DNA of 51,024 bases from Actinomycetales bacterium (GCA_038328315.1 JBBQLW010000001.1:1-51024), one strand, 5' to 3'. Positions 40,101 through 50,393 are shown, counted from the stretch's first letter. Notes: generated by a model not told the origin, from the letters alone. Made by a program: numbers and translations.

Positions 40101-40659
40101 CGAAAGCCAGCTCGCAAAACACATGACCGGCTCAATCACCGAAGTGCTGAGCGGAGAGCTGGCCGGAGACGGCGAGCACGTCACGATCGCCGGGCTGATC
40201 ACGAACGTGCAGCATCGGGTCGCGCGCAACACCGGCAATCAATACGGCATCGTGACCGTCGAGGACTTCGTCGGTGAGATCAGCGTCATGTTTCTCGGCA
40301 AGACGTATCAGGAGTTTGCGCCAGCCCTGACGAATGACGCCATCGTCGTCGTGCGCGGTCGCATCACGACGCGTGACGATGGCATGAACCTTCACGCCGA
40401 GAGCATGTTCACGCCAGATACCGGGCCAAGTTTGGGAACGGGCCCACTGATGATCTCAGTGCCCGAGCATCGCGCCACGACTGAGGTGGTCACTGCCCTC
40501 AATGATGTGCTCATTCGACACGCCGGTCACAACGAGGTTCGACTGCGACTGGTCAAGGGTGACAGCGCACGGGTGTTTGAAGTTCCGTATCCGGTGACAG
40601 TTTCGGCTGATCTGTACGGGGAGCTGAAGACATTGCTTGGGCCGGGGTGTTTGGTTTAA
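37135..40659 (+). CDS. dnaE: DNA polymerase III alpha subunit (DnaE1), no intein
   Basis: PHP motif HLHVHSEYSMLDG, GRGSAAGS, PDVDVDF, KMDFLGL, YAFNKAH; 1174 aa. Confidence 0.98.
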   Translation: MTSSTDSFVHLHVHSEYSMLDGAARVAPLLDAAVAEGMPAIAVTDHGNMFGAYDFWKTALEKGIKPIIGTEAYITPGTARGDRTRVRWGDSHQSQDDVGGSGAYTHMTLLSENNVGMHNLFRLSSLASIEGFYFKPRMDRELLSRYASGIIATTGCVGGEVQTRLRLGQYEEAKKAAAEFRDIFGAGNFYAEIMDHGIDIERRTMRDLIRLAKELDLPLVATNDLHYTHAHDATAHAALLCVQSASTLTDPNRFKFDSDEFYLKSAHQMRELFREFPDACTNTLRIAERCSVSFEKRDLMPRFPVPDGETEASWFKKEVATGMARRFSAGASDAHLAQAQYEVDVITQMGFPGYFLVVADFIAWAKAQGIRVGPGRGSAAGSMASFAMGITELDPLAHGLIFERFLNPERVSMPDVDVDFDDRRRPEVIRYVTEKYGDDRVAQIVTYGTIKAKQALKDSARVLGMPYAVGEKLTKAMPQSVMGKDISLSDVFDKDSDRYKEAADLRVLVETDEQSAQVFETAKGIENLKRQWGVHAAGVLMSAEPLMDVLPIMRREEDGAIITQFDQPPLEDLGLLKMDFLGLRNLTVIEDALRMIEANTGIALKVEDLDLDADEATYALLARGETLGVFQLDGGPMRALLQKLKPTNFEDISAVIALYRPGPMGMNSHTNYALRKNGKQKIDAIHPELEEPLSEILGTTFGLIVYQEQVMSVAQKVAGFSLGQADVLRRAMGKKKKSELDQQFADFEAGMLGNNYSKAAVKVLWDTLMPFADYAFNKAHSAGYGVLSYWTAYLKANHPAEYMAALLTSVGDSKDKLGMYLSECRRMGIRVLAPDVNESSVDFTATGGDIRFGLGAVRNVGHAVVDAIAQARTAQGSFVSFHDFLRKVPVQVTNKRTVESLIKAGAFDSLGHSRRSLYEVHESAADAASTEKRREAAGDVAFDFDSLWDEPENVEQSVPDRPEWGKREKLAFEREMLGLYVSDHPLSGLESQLAKHMTGSITEVLSGELAGDGEHVTIAGLITNVQHRVARNTGNQYGIVTVEDFVGEISVMFLGKTYQEFAPALTNDAIVVVRGRITTRDDGMNLHAESMFTPDTGPSLGTGPLMISVPEHRATTEVVTALNDVLIRHAGHNEVRLRLVKGDSARVFEVPYPVTVSADLYGELKTLLGPGCLV

Positions 40660-40732
40660 GACGTGACCTGAGAGTGAAACCTCGGTCGCAGGCTCCCTCG
40701 GCGCTGGCGTCGCGGAAACGCTGGCACGTTTC

Positions 40733-41224
40733 TTACAGCTCCAGCGCGCCGGACGTATGGTACCTGCGCCCCGTGTACAGCAACGATTCGTCCTCGGTAC
40801 CGAGTACGCCGCTGTCGACCTCTGCCACGACGATGGCATTGTCGTGAACTGGATGCACCTCGATAATGCGGGCGAGCAGCCAAGCGGGAACGCCGGTGAG
40901 CACCGGTACGCCGTGCGGCCCTGGCTGCCAGTGGTCGCCAACGAAGCGAACATCGTGGTCGCCGGCCATGATCTCAGCGAGCTGGCGCGATCGAGCGCCC
41001 ATCATGTGGATGGCCACCCAATTGCCGACCGTCATGGCTGGCCACGAGGTAGAGACTTGCGCCATGTTGAAGGTCAGGAGCGGTGGGACAGCCGCGAGGG
41101 AGGCAAGGGAAGTGGCAGTGAATCCGCGTGGTCGACCGTGAGCGTCGAGGGTGGTGATGACCGCGACTCCGGCAGCGTGTCGACGGAAGGCGGCCTTGAA
41201 CGCCTCAGTAGCTGTCTCATTCAT
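40733..41224 (-). CDS. Flavin reductase family protein
   Basis: FKAAFRRHAAGVAVIT, GFTATSLASLAAVPP, GPHGVPVL, LLYTGRRY; ATG 41224. Confidence 0.87.
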   Translation of the reverse strand: MNETATEAFKAAFRRHAAGVAVITTLDAHGRPRGFTATSLASLAAVPPLLTFNMAQVSTSWPAMTVGNWVAIHMMGARSRQLAEIMAGDHDVRFVGDHWQPGPHGVPVLTGVPAWLLARIIEVHPVHDNAIVVAEVDSGVLGTEDESLLYTGRRYHTSGALEL

Positions 41225-41434
41225 TACAGGAATCCCAATCACGGCGCGCCTTATTGTATTCCCGCACCCGAGCGTGCTGCCGCCGCGACGGGCTGAACGC
41301 TCAGTCGGCCTGTCGGGCAAGAGCGGAGTGGCTGGCGGCATTCTCACGGTCGCGCCCGCTTCCGCTCCGAGAAGCTCGAGCTGAATCTCTTTGCTTCGAA
41401 ACGACCAGGCACCACGAACTAACATGAGTAGGCC

Positions 41435-42745
41435 ATGATGCAGACGATCGACATCCGCAAACTCCAGCCATCCCGGGTGGAACTTGCCAGACTTGTACCC
41501 CGCGCCAGCACAGATGTTGCGTCGGCAACCGAGGTCGCGGCCGCACTCATTGACGAAGTGCGCGCACACGGTGAACGTGCCTTACTTGAGCAGGCTGAGC
41601 GGCTCGACGGGGTGCGTCCCACCCGAGTGCGGGTTCAGGCTTCGGAGGTGAGCGACGCTGTGCAGAGGCTCGTCCCCGCCGTGCGAGACGCGCTCGAGCT
41701 TGCGATCGAGCGGGTGAGGACCGCTACCAGGGCGCAAGTCCCAGCACCCACCGCGACAATGATCGCCCCGGGCGCAGAGATCGTCCAGCGCTGGCGGCCG
41801 GTGAATCGAGTCGGCCTGTATGTTCCAGGCGGCAAGGCGGTGTACCCGTCGAGCGTCGTTATGAACGCTGTTCCCGCTCAGGTTGCGGGCGTTTCCTCGA
41901 TCGCGCTCGCCTCGCCCGCGCAGCAGCAATGCGGGGGAGCAGTGCATCCGACGATCCTCGGCGCCGCCGGACTGTTGGGAATCGATGAAATCTACGCGAT
42001 GGGCGGAGCCGGGGCAATTGGTGCCTTTGCGTACGGGGTTCCGGACCTCGACCTCGATCCGGTGGACATCATCACTGGACCGGGCAACGTCTATGTTGCC
42101 GCGGCGAAGCGTCTCGTTCGGGGCGTCGTAGGAATCGATTCAGAAGCGGGACCCACCGAAATTCTGGTGATTGCAGACGGTCGCGCCGACCCTGTTCTCG
42201 TCGCTGCCGACCTTGTCAGCCAGGCTGAGCACGATCAGCTGGCGGCCGCAGTGCTCGTCACAGACTCGCCGCAGCTTGCGCGAGCAGTGGCGATCGAGGT
42301 GGAACGGCTTGCGGCATCCGCCCATCACGGGGCGCGCGTGCGCGAGGCGCTCGCTGGCCAGCAGTCGGCAATCGTGATCGTGGCCGACCTCGGAGTCGCG
42401 GCAGCGTTCAGCAACGCATACGGGCCAGAGCATCTCAGTATCCAGACCGAAGCGCCAAGCAAAGTTCTCGACCACATCGAGAGCGCTGGAGCGATCTTCC
42501 TTGGCGCATACTCACCCGTGAGTCTCGGTGACTACGTGGCCGGATCCAACCACGTGCTGCCGACCGGTGGCCAGTCACGCTTCGCACCGGGGCTCGGTGC
42601 CTACACGTTCCTGAGGCCACAGCAGGTCATCAACTACGACCGCCAAGCTCTCCACGCCGTGGAGGCGCAGATCGTAGCGCTGAGTCGCGCCGAGGACCTT
42701 CCCGCACACGGTGCAGCGGTCAGCGCGCGCTTCGACACGACCTAG
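41435..42745 (+). CDS. hisD: Histidinol dehydrogenase
   Basis: [41 protein letters not shown]. Confidence 0.96.
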   Translation: MMQTIDIRKLQPSRVELARLVPRASTDVASATEVAAALIDEVRAHGERALLEQAERLDGVRPTRVRVQASEVSDAVQRLVPAVRDALELAIERVRTATRAQVPAPTATMIAPGAEIVQRWRPVNRVGLYVPGGKAVYPSSVVMNAVPAQVAGVSSIALASPAQQQCGGAVHPTILGAAGLLGIDEIYAMGGAGAIGAFAYGVPDLDLDPVDIITGPGNVYVAAAKRLVRGVVGIDSEAGPTEILVIADGRADPVLVAADLVSQAEHDQLAAAVLVTDSPQLARAVAIEVERLAASAHHGARVREALAGQQSAIVIVADLGVAAAFSNAYGPEHLSIQTEAPSKVLDHIESAGAIFLGAYSPVSLGDYVAGSNHVLPTGGQSRFAPGLGAYTFLRPQQVINYDRQALHAVEAQIVALSRAEDLPAHGAAVSARFDTT

Positions 42746-42762
42746 CGTATTCTTGCGGCACC

Positions 42763-43257
42763 ATGTTCTGCCCATTCTGTCGCCACCCAGACAGTCGAGT
42801 CATCGACTCTCGAACGAGCGACGACGGACTCTCGATCCGACGACGTAGGCAGTGCCCGGAGTGCGGCCGTCGCTTCTCGACAACCGAGACCGCGAGCCTG
42901 AGCGTCATCAAGCGCAATGGCGTTGTCGAGGCGTTCAGTCGCGAGAAGATCGTCGCGGGCGTGCGCAAGGCCTGCCAAGGTCGGCCGGTTACCGACACCG
43001 ATCTCGCAGTCCTGGCCCAGCGCGTTGAGGAAACCATTCGCGCGACCGGCGCTGCGCAGGTCGAAGCGAACGATATCGGGCTCGCCATCCTGACCCCGTT
43101 GCGAGAACTCGACGAGGTTGCATATCTGCGGTTCGCGAGTGTCTACCAAGGGTTCGACTCGCTCGAGGATTTCGAGGCAGCGATCACGCTACTCCGCGTC
43201 GAGCACGGCGCCGTCGGCGAGCCTGCCAGGCCCCCGCGCGCCGGCACAACCCGCTAG
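42763..43257 (+). CDS. nrdR: Transcriptional repressor NrdR
   Basis: CPFC...RRRRQCPEC zinc ribbon, ATP cone, [10 protein letters not shown]. Confidence 0.97.
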   Translation: MFCPFCRHPDSRVIDSRTSDDGLSIRRRRQCPECGRRFSTTETASLSVIKRNGVVEAFSREKIVAGVRKACQGRPVTDTDLAVLAQRVEETIRATGAAQVEANDIGLAILTPLRELDEVAYLRFASVYQGFDSLEDFEAAITLLRVEHGAVGEPARPPRAGTTR

Positions 43258-43268
43258 CCGACGCACCC

Positions 43269-44303
43269 ATGTATCAGTTCCTTTTTCGCACGGTGCTGTC
43301 GCGAATCGAACCGGAACGCGCGCACGGGTTCGCGTTCGCGTTCATTCGAGCCCTTCCGTACATCGGGGTAGGAGCGATTCTTGATGGATTCACCCGGGCC
43401 GATCCGTCGTTACGAGTTGAAACACTCGGACTGGTCTTCACCTCACCGTTCGGGGTAGCGGCTGGCTTCGACAAGGAGGGCACCGGCATCCGCGGGCTCG
43501 GCCAGCTTGGCTTCGGTCACGTCGAGGTAGGAACAATCACTTCGAAACCCCAGCCGGGCAATGACAAGCCGCGGTTGTTTCGTCTTGTCGCTGATCGCGC
43601 GGTGATTAATCGGATGGGATTCAACAATCACGGTGCTGCCGCAGCACAGGCGGTGATCGCCAACGCCAGAGCGCGGGCGGATCGCCCGGTGATCGGCGTA
43701 AACATCGGTAAGTCTCGCGTTGTTGACGTGGATGCCGCGACCGCCGACTATCTCGAGAGCACTCGCCTGCTGGCGCCACTCGCCGACTATCTCGTTGTCA
43801 ATGTCAGTTCGCCGAACACACCGGGTTTGCGTGCGCTGCAGGAGCTGGAAAAACTCAGGCCGCTGCTTACGGCTGTCAAGGCCGCAGCGGGTTCGACACC
43901 GGTGCTCGTCAAGATCGCGCCCGACCTCTCTGACCGGGAAGTGCAAACCATCGCCGAGTTGGCGGTTGCCGAGCTCGACGGCATCATTGCGACAAATACA
44001 ACGCTCGCTCGCCGTGGACTCAGAACGGATGCTGCGACAGTCGAGGCCGCCGGTGCTGGTGGTCTTTCCGGTGCACCCTTGGCTGCCCGATCAATCGAGC
44101 TGTTGCGGGTCATCCGCGCAGTGGTGCCCGAAGGCTTTTGTGTGATCTCGGTCGGTGGAGTCGAGACGGCGGCAGACGTCGCCGAGCGGTTGGCAGCGGG
44201 TGCAACGCTCGTTCAGGGCTACACGGGATTCCTCTACCGAGGACCACTGTGGGCGCGACAGATAAATCGGGGCCTCGCCCGTGGGATCGGTGCTACCGGC
44301 TAA
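43269..44303 (+). CDS. pyrD: Quinone-dependent dihydroorotate dehydrogenase
   Basis: AAGFDK, INRMGFNN, NVSSPNTPGLR, KIAPD, TNTT, GGLSG. Confidence 0.95.
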   Translation: MYQFLFRTVLSRIEPERAHGFAFAFIRALPYIGVGAILDGFTRADPSLRVETLGLVFTSPFGVAAGFDKEGTGIRGLGQLGFGHVEVGTITSKPQPGNDKPRLFRLVADRAVINRMGFNNHGAAAAQAVIANARARADRPVIGVNIGKSRVVDVDAATADYLESTRLLAPLADYLVVNVSSPNTPGLRALQELEKLRPLLTAVKAAAGSTPVLVKIAPDLSDREVQTIAELAVAELDGIIATNTTLARRGLRTDAATVEAAGAGGLSGAPLAARSIELLRVIRAVVPEGFCVISVGGVETAADVAERLAAGATLVQGYTGFLYRGPLWARQINRGLARGIGATG

Positions 44304-44329
44304 CCGGCCACCTGCCAACCCGCGCCCGG

Positions 44330-44911
44330 CTACTCCGGGTACGCGCCGCGCTTGACCTGAGGTTTCGGAAGTCGCATGACGCGCAGCTGCAGGGCTCTCA
44401 TCGCCGCGTAAAAGCGTACTTTCTCAACGCGGTCTTCACCATATTTTGCGCTGAGCTTGCGCTTGACGAGATATCCAAGAATGACACTGTCGATGATCGC
44501 GATCGCAAAGAAGAGCCACAGGGTGAGGATGCCGATCGTCTGCACCTCTGGTTGCGGGAAAAAGGTCAAAATGATCACGCCGAACATAAGCGGAATGAGG
44601 AACTCCCCAACACTTGTGCGGGCGTCGACATAGTCACGTACGTAACGCTTCTGCGGACCGCGGTCACGCATCGGCAAGTACTTCTCGTCACCCTTCGCGA
44701 GACCGATTCTTGCCTTCTCGCGCTGCGCCTGCTCCAGCGCGCGTGAATGTCTGCGGGCCTCTGCGCGGTCATTACTCACGAGCGGTCGCTTGCGCGCGTC
44801 CTGCTGCTCTTTACGAGTCGGAGTTGCGCGACCCTTACCGCTTGAAGTGCTGTCTTGGTTGAGTTCGTAGCCGGCGTCGGTGCCAGCGTTGTTCTCGGTT
44901 GTCTTAGCCAC
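44330..44911 (-). CDS. DUF3043-family membrane protein (Rv2206-like)
   Basis: GKGRATPTRK, YLPMRDRGPQKRYVRDYVDAR, RLPKPQVKRG. Confidence 0.88.
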   Translation of the reverse strand: MAKTTENNAGTDAGYELNQDSTSSGKGRATPTRKEQQDARKRPLVSNDRAEARRHSRALEQAQREKARIGLAKGDEKYLPMRDRGPQKRYVRDYVDARTSVGEFLIPLMFGVIILTFFPQPEVQTIGILTLWLFFAIAIIDSVILGYLVKRKLSAKYGEDRVEKVRFYAAMRALQLRVMRLPKPQVKRGAYPE

Positions 44912-44950
44912 GAAGATCCTCGCCTCTGCTCTCGGCTTAAGATTACTCGC

Positions 44951-46369
44951 ATGACGGACTTCGCTACCACGCCAGCAGTTCAAGAACCCGAGGCAACGGT
45001 CGTTTCCCAGCTTGCGGCTGCGGTTCAGACCGGGCTCCCGGTCGCGATTGCAGGTCTGGGCCGACTTGTTCGCATCCCTTCCGTTTCGTGGGACGGCTTC
45101 GATTCGGGCGAGGTCCAGAAGAGCGCGGAAGCGGTGTGCGAGCTACTTGAGGCGCTCAAGTTCTTCGATTCGGTCGAAATCTCGCGTGCTCCCATCGACG
45201 ACAAACGGCGGGGTCAACCGGCAGTGCTAGCGACGCGTGCCGCCCGAAACGGTCGGCCAACAGTCCTGCTGTATGCCCATCATGACGTTCAGCCGCCGGG
45301 TGACCCAGAGCAGTGGGAATCCGCTCCATTCGAACCGACCGTGCGCGGAGATCGACTCTACGGTCGCGGAGCAGCAGACGACAAGGCAGGCGTTATGGCC
45401 CACATCGCGGCGATCCGAGCGTTCGTCAAGGTTGCTGGAGACGAGATCGACCTCGGGGTCGTCGCCTTCTTTGAGGGGGAGGAGGAGTTCGGTTCTCGAT
45501 CGTTCGGGGCCTTTCTTGCCCAGCATCGCAGCCAGCTCGCCGCCGATGTCATCGTCGTTGCCGACTCCGACAACTGGAATGCTGCGACCCCATCGTTGAC
45601 GGTAGGGCTGCGCGGCAACGTGACGTTCAAGCTCCGGGTTTCGACACTCGACCACGCTTTGCACTCGGGAATGTTCGGGGGAGCGGCACCGGATGCGATG
45701 CTCGCGACAATCGCCCTCCTATCGACCATGCACGATGCAGACGGCGCTGTTGCCGTTTCGGGATTGCACTCGCGCCAAGCGCCGGTGCCGGACTACGAGC
45801 ACGCACGCCTTATAAAAGATGCCGCTCTGCTGGACGGAGTTACCCCGCTCGGCCGCGGCCCGATTCTGTCGCGGTTGTGGAATCAACCGGCCATTACAGT
45901 GACTGGTATTGACGCGCCTACCGTTGTCAATGCATCCAACACGCTGGTACCGAGCGTCACTGTAAAGCTCAGCGCGCGGATCGCGCCAGGGCAGTCAGCC
46001 GCGGATGCTTTTATCGCGATCGAAGCGCACTTGCACAAACATGCACCGTTCGGTGCGCACCTCGAGTTCACTGACATCGACCGTGGCGATCCCTTTCTTG
46101 TCGAGACGACAGGCTGGGCTGTCGATGAAGCGAAAGCCGCGATGACGGCTGGCTGGGGAGTCGAACCAATCGAGACCGGCATCGGCGGTTCGATTCCGTT
46201 CATCTCGCAGCTTGCCGAGGAGTTTCCGGCGGCGCAGATTCTCATCACCGGCGTCGAGGATCCCGATTCTCGCGCTCACAGCCCCAACGAGTCGCTTCAC
46301 CTTGGCGTGTTTCGCCGTGCGATCCTGACTGAGGCGATCCTGCTCGAAAAGCTCAACCGCCGGGCGTAG
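44951..46369 (+). CDS. M20-family dipeptidase
   Basis: YAHHDVQP, GRGAADDK, EGEEE, HSGMFGG, GGSIP, HSPNES. Confidence 0.9.
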   Translation: MTDFATTPAVQEPEATVVSQLAAAVQTGLPVAIAGLGRLVRIPSVSWDGFDSGEVQKSAEAVCELLEALKFFDSVEISRAPIDDKRRGQPAVLATRAARNGRPTVLLYAHHDVQPPGDPEQWESAPFEPTVRGDRLYGRGAADDKAGVMAHIAAIRAFVKVAGDEIDLGVVAFFEGEEEFGSRSFGAFLAQHRSQLAADVIVVADSDNWNAATPSLTVGLRGNVTFKLRVSTLDHALHSGMFGGAAPDAMLATIALLSTMHDADGAVAVSGLHSRQAPVPDYEHARLIKDAALLDGVTPLGRGPILSRLWNQPAITVTGIDAPTVVNASNTLVPSVTVKLSARIAPGQSAADAFIAIEAHLHKHAPFGAHLEFTDIDRGDPFLVETTGWAVDEAKAAMTAGWGVEPIETGIGGSIPFISQLAEEFPAAQILITGVEDPDSRAHSPNESLHLGVFRRAILTEAILLEKLNRRA

Positions 46370-46378
46370 AATCTGACT

Positions 46379-46735
46379 ATGACTGACACTTCGATACGTA
46401 CTTCCGCCCACGGCGTATCTCTGACGGATGCCGCTGCCGAGAAGGTGCGCAGCTTGCTGTCCCAGGAAGGTCGCGATGACCTTCGACTTCGCCTCGCGGT
46501 GCAGCCCGGGGGTTGCTCCGGCCTCATCTACCAGCTCTACTTCGACGAGCGCAGCCTCGACGGCGACGCGAGCGTCGAGTTCGGCGATGGCGTTGAGGTC
46601 GTTGTCGACAAGATGAGTGTTCCCTACCTTGATGGTGCGAAGGTCGACTTCGAAGACACCATCCAAAAGCAGGGTTTCACGATCGACAACCCGAACGCTG
46701 ACGGTAGTTGCGCGTGTGGAGACAGCTTCCACTGA
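46379..46735 (+). CDS. erpA: A-type Fe-S carrier (ErpA/IscA, HesB family)
   Basis: PGGCSG, NPNADGSCACGDSF. Confidence 0.92.
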   Translation: MTDTSIRTSAHGVSLTDAAAEKVRSLLSQEGRDDLRLRLAVQPGGCSGLIYQLYFDERSLDGDASVEFGDGVEVVVDKMSVPYLDGAKVDFEDTIQKQGFTIDNPNADGSCACGDSFH

Positions 46736-46803
46736 GCCAAGCGCGGGCGATCGCTCACTGTAGACTGAGGCGGTAGCAGCCGGTGTTTTTCGAGAGGTTT
46801 TCC

Positions 46804-47667
46804 GTGCGTTCTCAGCGTCGAATTCGATGGTCCGCGATTCCGATTGGAATCGCAATGATGGTGGTCTTGGCAGGCTGCACGCAGGATCAACTTCAGGGCT
46901 ACCTGCCCACCAACCCGGAGACCACGAACCACACGAGCCGAATCATCGGTCTGTGGGTGAACTCGTGGATTGTGCTCCTCATTGTCGGTGTCGTCACGTG
47001 GGGCTTGATCATCTGGGCGGCTGTCGCGTATCGGCGTCGGCGTGGCCAGACCGGACTACCGGTACAACTCCGTTACAACATGCCAATCGAAATTCTTTAC
47101 ACGGTTGTCCCGTTGATTCTCGTGCTCGGGTTTTTTGCATTTACTGCACGCGATCAGGCCGTGATCGAAGAGGCGATCCCAGACCCCGACGTCAAGATCG
47201 AGGTGTTCGCCAAACGGTGGGCTTGGGACTTCAACTATGTCAACGAAGACGTCTACAGCGTCGGGGTTCAAGCCGAACAGCTCCCGAGCGGGCCGATCGA
47301 CACGAGCAACTTGCCCAAGCTCGTTCTGCCGGTCAATGCGAAGGTCGAGATCAAGCTCGAGTCGCGCGACGTTATCCACTCGTTCTGGGTGGTCGAGTTC
47401 CTGTACAAGAAGGACATGATCCCCGGCAAAACGCCGTCGAACTATATGTACTTCATACCGCAAGAGATCGGCAGCTACATGGGCAAGTGCGCAGAGCTGT
47501 GCGGCGAGTATCACTCCCTCATGCTGTTCGAGGTCGAGGTGGTCTCGCAGGCCGACTACGACGCGTACATCGAAGGCCAGCGCGCAGCCGGCTTCGAGGG
47601 TCAGATCGGGGCTGAATTCAACGTGAACCAAAATCTGCCTGGCAACGGCGGAACGACGGAGGAGTAG
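46804..47667 (+). CDS. ctaC: Cytochrome c oxidase subunit II (lipoprotein)
   Basis: LAGC lipobox, DVIHSFW, CuA motif [12 protein letters not shown]; GAGAGG RBS. Confidence 0.95.
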   Translation: MRSQRRIRWSAIPIGIAMMVVLAGCTQDQLQGYLPTNPETTNHTSRIIGLWVNSWIVLLIVGVVTWGLIIWAAVAYRRRRGQTGLPVQLRYNMPIEILYTVVPLILVLGFFAFTARDQAVIEEAIPDPDVKIEVFAKRWAWDFNYVNEDVYSVGVQAEQLPSGPIDTSNLPKLVLPVNAKVEIKLESRDVIHSFWVVEFLYKKDMIPGKTPSNYMYFIPQEIGSYMGKCAELCGEYHSLMLFEVEVVSQADYDAYIEGQRAAGFEGQIGAEFNVNQNLPGNGGTTEE

Positions 47668-47674
47668 TAGTTCC

Positions 47675-49426
47675 ATGACGACAATTCTCGAACGACCGGT
47701 AGCTCCATCGACCGGGGGTACCTCGACGCCGATTACGCCGCGCGAAGAGAAGCTCGCGCGAAAGGGAAACGTTGTCGTGGCTTGGCTCACGTCAACTGAC
47801 CACAAGCAGATCGGGTACATGTACCTGGTCACCTCGTTCATCTACTTCCTTCTCGGCGGCGTGATGGCCCTCGTGATTCGAGCCCAGCTATTCGCACCAG
47901 GACTCGATGTTGTAGCAACTGGCGAGCAGTACAACCAGTTGTTCACGATGCACGGCACGATCATGCTGCTCATGTTCGCCACTCCGTTGTTCGCCGGATT
48001 CGCGAACGTTCTGATGCCGCTCCAAATCGGTGCGCCGGATGTCGCGTTCCCGAGACTGAACGCCTTCGCGTACTGGCTCTACAGCTTTGGCTCTCTCATT
48101 GCGGTTGCCGGCTTCCTCACCCCCCAAGGCGCGGCAGCCTTCGGCTGGTTCGCGTACGCCCCACTCTCGAGCGCGACGTTCTCGCCCGGCTTCGGCGGCA
48201 ACCTGTGGGTCTTCGGACTCACTCTGAGCGGGTTCGGTACCATCCTCGGCGCCGTCAACTTCATTACAACGATCATCACAATGCGGGCTCCCGGCATGAC
48301 GATGTTCCGGATGCCGATCTTCACGTGGAACACGCTTGTTACGTCGATCCTCGTGCTCATGGCATTCCCGGTACTTGCGGCCGCGCTCTTCGCGCTCGGC
48401 GCAGACCGAGTATTCGGTGCACACATATTTGACCCCGCCAACGGGGGAGCGATCCTCTGGCAGCACTTGTTCTGGTTCTTCGGTCATCCCGAGGTCTACA
48501 TCATCGCGCTGCCGTTTTTCGGAATTATCTCGGAAGTGCTCCCGGTATTCAGTCGTAAACCGATTTTCGGCTATCGCACGCTCGTCTACGCCACAATCGC
48601 GATTGCCGCGCTGTCCGTCACGGTCTGGGCTCACCACATGTACGTGACAGGCTCAGTACTGCTGCCGTTCTTCGCGCTCATGACAATGCTGATTGCAGTA
48701 CCGACCGGCGTAAAAATCTTCAACTGGATCGGCACCATGTGGCGCGGCTCGGTGACCTTCGAGACTCCGATGCTGTGGGCGATTGGCTTCTTGATCACCT
48801 TCACCTTCGGTGGGCTGACCGGCGTTATTCTCGCCAGCCCACCGCTGGACTTCCACGTGTCTGACAGCTACTTCGTCGTCGCGCACTTCCACTACGTCGT
48901 GTTCGGTACCGTCGTGTTCGCGATGTTCAGCGGCTTCTATTTCTGGTGGCCGAAGTTCACGGGCAAGATGCTCAACGAGCGTCTCGGGAAGATTCACTTC
49001 TGGACGCTATTCATTGGTTTCCACATGACCTTCCTGATCCAGCACTGGATCGGGGTGGTCGGACTGCCGCGTCGCTACCGTTCATACCTTGAAGAAGATG
49101 GTGTGACCTGGATGAACCAGCTCTCGACCGTCGGCGCTGCCGTCTTGGCGCTGTCGATGCTCCCGTTCTTCTACAACGTCTACGTCACCGCGCGCAAAGC
49201 GCCCAAGGTGACGGTAAACGATCCGTGGGGTTACGGACGATCGCTCGAGTGGGCGACGAGCTGCCCGCCGCCTCGCCACAATTTCACCTCGATTCCGCGC
49301 ATCCGCTCGGAGTCGCCGGCGTTCGACGTAAACCACCCGGAGGCGGGAATGCCGGTCGGCATTGGCCCGATGAAGGATGCTCCAGAAGCGCCGGTCTACG
49401 ACCTCAGCGCAGAGAAGGTGAAATAG
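47675..49426 (+). CDS. ctaD: Cytochrome c oxidase subunit I (aa3 type)
   Basis: [25 protein letters not shown]. Confidence 0.98.
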   Translation: MTTILERPVAPSTGGTSTPITPREEKLARKGNVVVAWLTSTDHKQIGYMYLVTSFIYFLLGGVMALVIRAQLFAPGLDVVATGEQYNQLFTMHGTIMLLMFATPLFAGFANVLMPLQIGAPDVAFPRLNAFAYWLYSFGSLIAVAGFLTPQGAAAFGWFAYAPLSSATFSPGFGGNLWVFGLTLSGFGTILGAVNFITTIITMRAPGMTMFRMPIFTWNTLVTSILVLMAFPVLAAALFALGADRVFGAHIFDPANGGAILWQHLFWFFGHPEVYIIALPFFGIISEVLPVFSRKPIFGYRTLVYATIAIAALSVTVWAHHMYVTGSVLLPFFALMTMLIAVPTGVKIFNWIGTMWRGSVTFETPMLWAIGFLITFTFGGLTGVILASPPLDFHVSDSYFVVAHFHYVVFGTVVFAMFSGFYFWWPKFTGKMLNERLGKIHFWTLFIGFHMTFLIQHWIGVVGLPRRYRSYLEEDGVTWMNQLSTVGAAVLALSMLPFFYNVYVTARKAPKVTVNDPWGYGRSLEWATSCPPPRHNFTSIPRIRSESPAFDVNHPEAGMPVGIGPMKDAPEAPVYDLSAEKVK

Positions 49427-49428
49427 CG

Positions 49429-49851
49429 GTGCAAACGAATGCCCGACTGTTCTGGGTTCTTGCGGGTTTCTTCTTCGTCGCCGATGCCATCTATATCGCT
49501 TGGGGCTTTCTTGACCCATCGCAGGGGCGCGTCGAGTGGGTTGGGGCAATCGTTCTTGGCTTGACAGGCCTTCTCGCAGCGTTCATCGCCTTTTATCTTG
49601 GTAGAATCTATGCCTCTCAAGGCGGCGAACTGCCAGAAGACCGCCTCGACGCGCGAATCGAAGACGGCGAAGCAGAACAGGGGCACTTCAGCCCCTGGAG
49701 TTGGTGGCCGGCAATTCTTGCCGCCAGTCTTGCAGCCGTGTTTCTCGGACTAGCGGTCGGTCTGTGGATCGCCGCCATCGGAGCCGGGATCGCCGTGGTC
49801 GCTCTGGTTGGCTGGGTGTACGAGTACTACCGCGGATACTTTGTTCGCTGA
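49429..49851 (+). CDS. ctaF: Cytochrome c oxidase subunit 4
   Basis: Hydrophobic protein with PEDRLDA, FSPWSWWP, GWVYEYYRG. Confidence 0.92.
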   Translation: MQTNARLFWVLAGFFFVADAIYIAWGFLDPSQGRVEWVGAIVLGLTGLLAAFIAFYLGRIYASQGGELPEDRLDARIEDGEAEQGHFSPWSWWPAILAASLAAVFLGLAVGLWIAAIGAGIAVVALVGWVYEYYRGYFVR

Positions 49852-49933
49852 TTCCGGAGCTGATTCCAGCGGCGCTGACTCGTACTCAGAGGGTCGTCCT
49901 TCTGGCAGTGATCTCTCGGCCGTTCCACTGACC

Positions 49934-50356
49934 GTGAGAACCGCAACTGTCGATGATGCCAATCGTGTGTTCGCCCTCCTCAAGCAGCTCGGCACGGACT
50001 ATGCGCCGGATGCCGCCGCCTTCGATTCCACCTACCGCGGGATCATTGCTGACGGTTCAAGATCTTCTATCTTGCTCGTCGCGAACAATTCGTCGGGCCC
50101 CGTACTTGGCTACGCGTTGACCACGATCAGCCCCCTGCTCTACATCAATGGGAGCTCCGCCCAGCTACAGGAACTCGTTGTTGATAATAGTCACCGAGGC
50201 CAAGGCGTCGGTACCGCCCTCGTTGAGGCAACTGAGGCGGCGTGCCGCAACAGACAGGTTCGGCAGTTGACGGTACCGAGCCGTCGCTCCGCGAACTTCT
50301 ACGAGCGAATCGGGTACACCTCAACGGCGGACTTTCTCAAGCGCACCTTCGACTAA
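49934..50356 (+). CDS. GNAT-family N-acetyltransferase (start uncertain; frame also open from TTG 49841)
   Basis: VRTATVDD, LQELVVD, acetyl-CoA motif HRGQGVGTAL, FYERIGY. Confidence 0.82.
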   Translation: MRTATVDDANRVFALLKQLGTDYAPDAAAFDSTYRGIIADGSRSSILLVANNSSGPVLGYALTTISPLLYINGSSAQLQELVVDNSHRGQGVGTALVEATEAACRNRQVRQLTVPSRRSANFYERIGYTSTADFLKRTFD

Positions 50357-50393
50357 CTGCGCCTTCGACTGACCGCGCCCTCGACTGACCGCG
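50346..50393 (+). repeat. 3 x 16-bp tandem repeat starting at the GNAT stop
   Basis: ccttcgactaactgcg / ccttcgactgaccgcg / ccctcgactgaccgcg. Confidence 0.88.

Noticed and set aside
37135-40659. Possible intein or split in dnaE
   Set aside because: Normal length, continuous motifs, no intein or LAGLIDADG signature
41225-41434. His attenuator/leader peptide before hisD, or a SigH/SigR promoter for the flavin reductase
   Set aside because: No His-codon run or terminator; GGAAT-N18 is followed by ATT rather than GTT, and a plain TACAAT -10 explains the site
41225-41569. Long N-terminal extension of the flavin reductase ORF
   Set aside because: It overlaps hisD on the opposite strand; family similarity begins at ATG 41224
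42746-43268. NrdR boxes, LexA boxes or parS sites
   Set aside because: No convincing consensus match seen by eye in the intergenic regions
15012-50393. Short tandem repeats considered as CRISPR arrays or IS ends
   Set aside because: No unique spacers, units only 12-21 bp, and no cas, transposase or integrase genes
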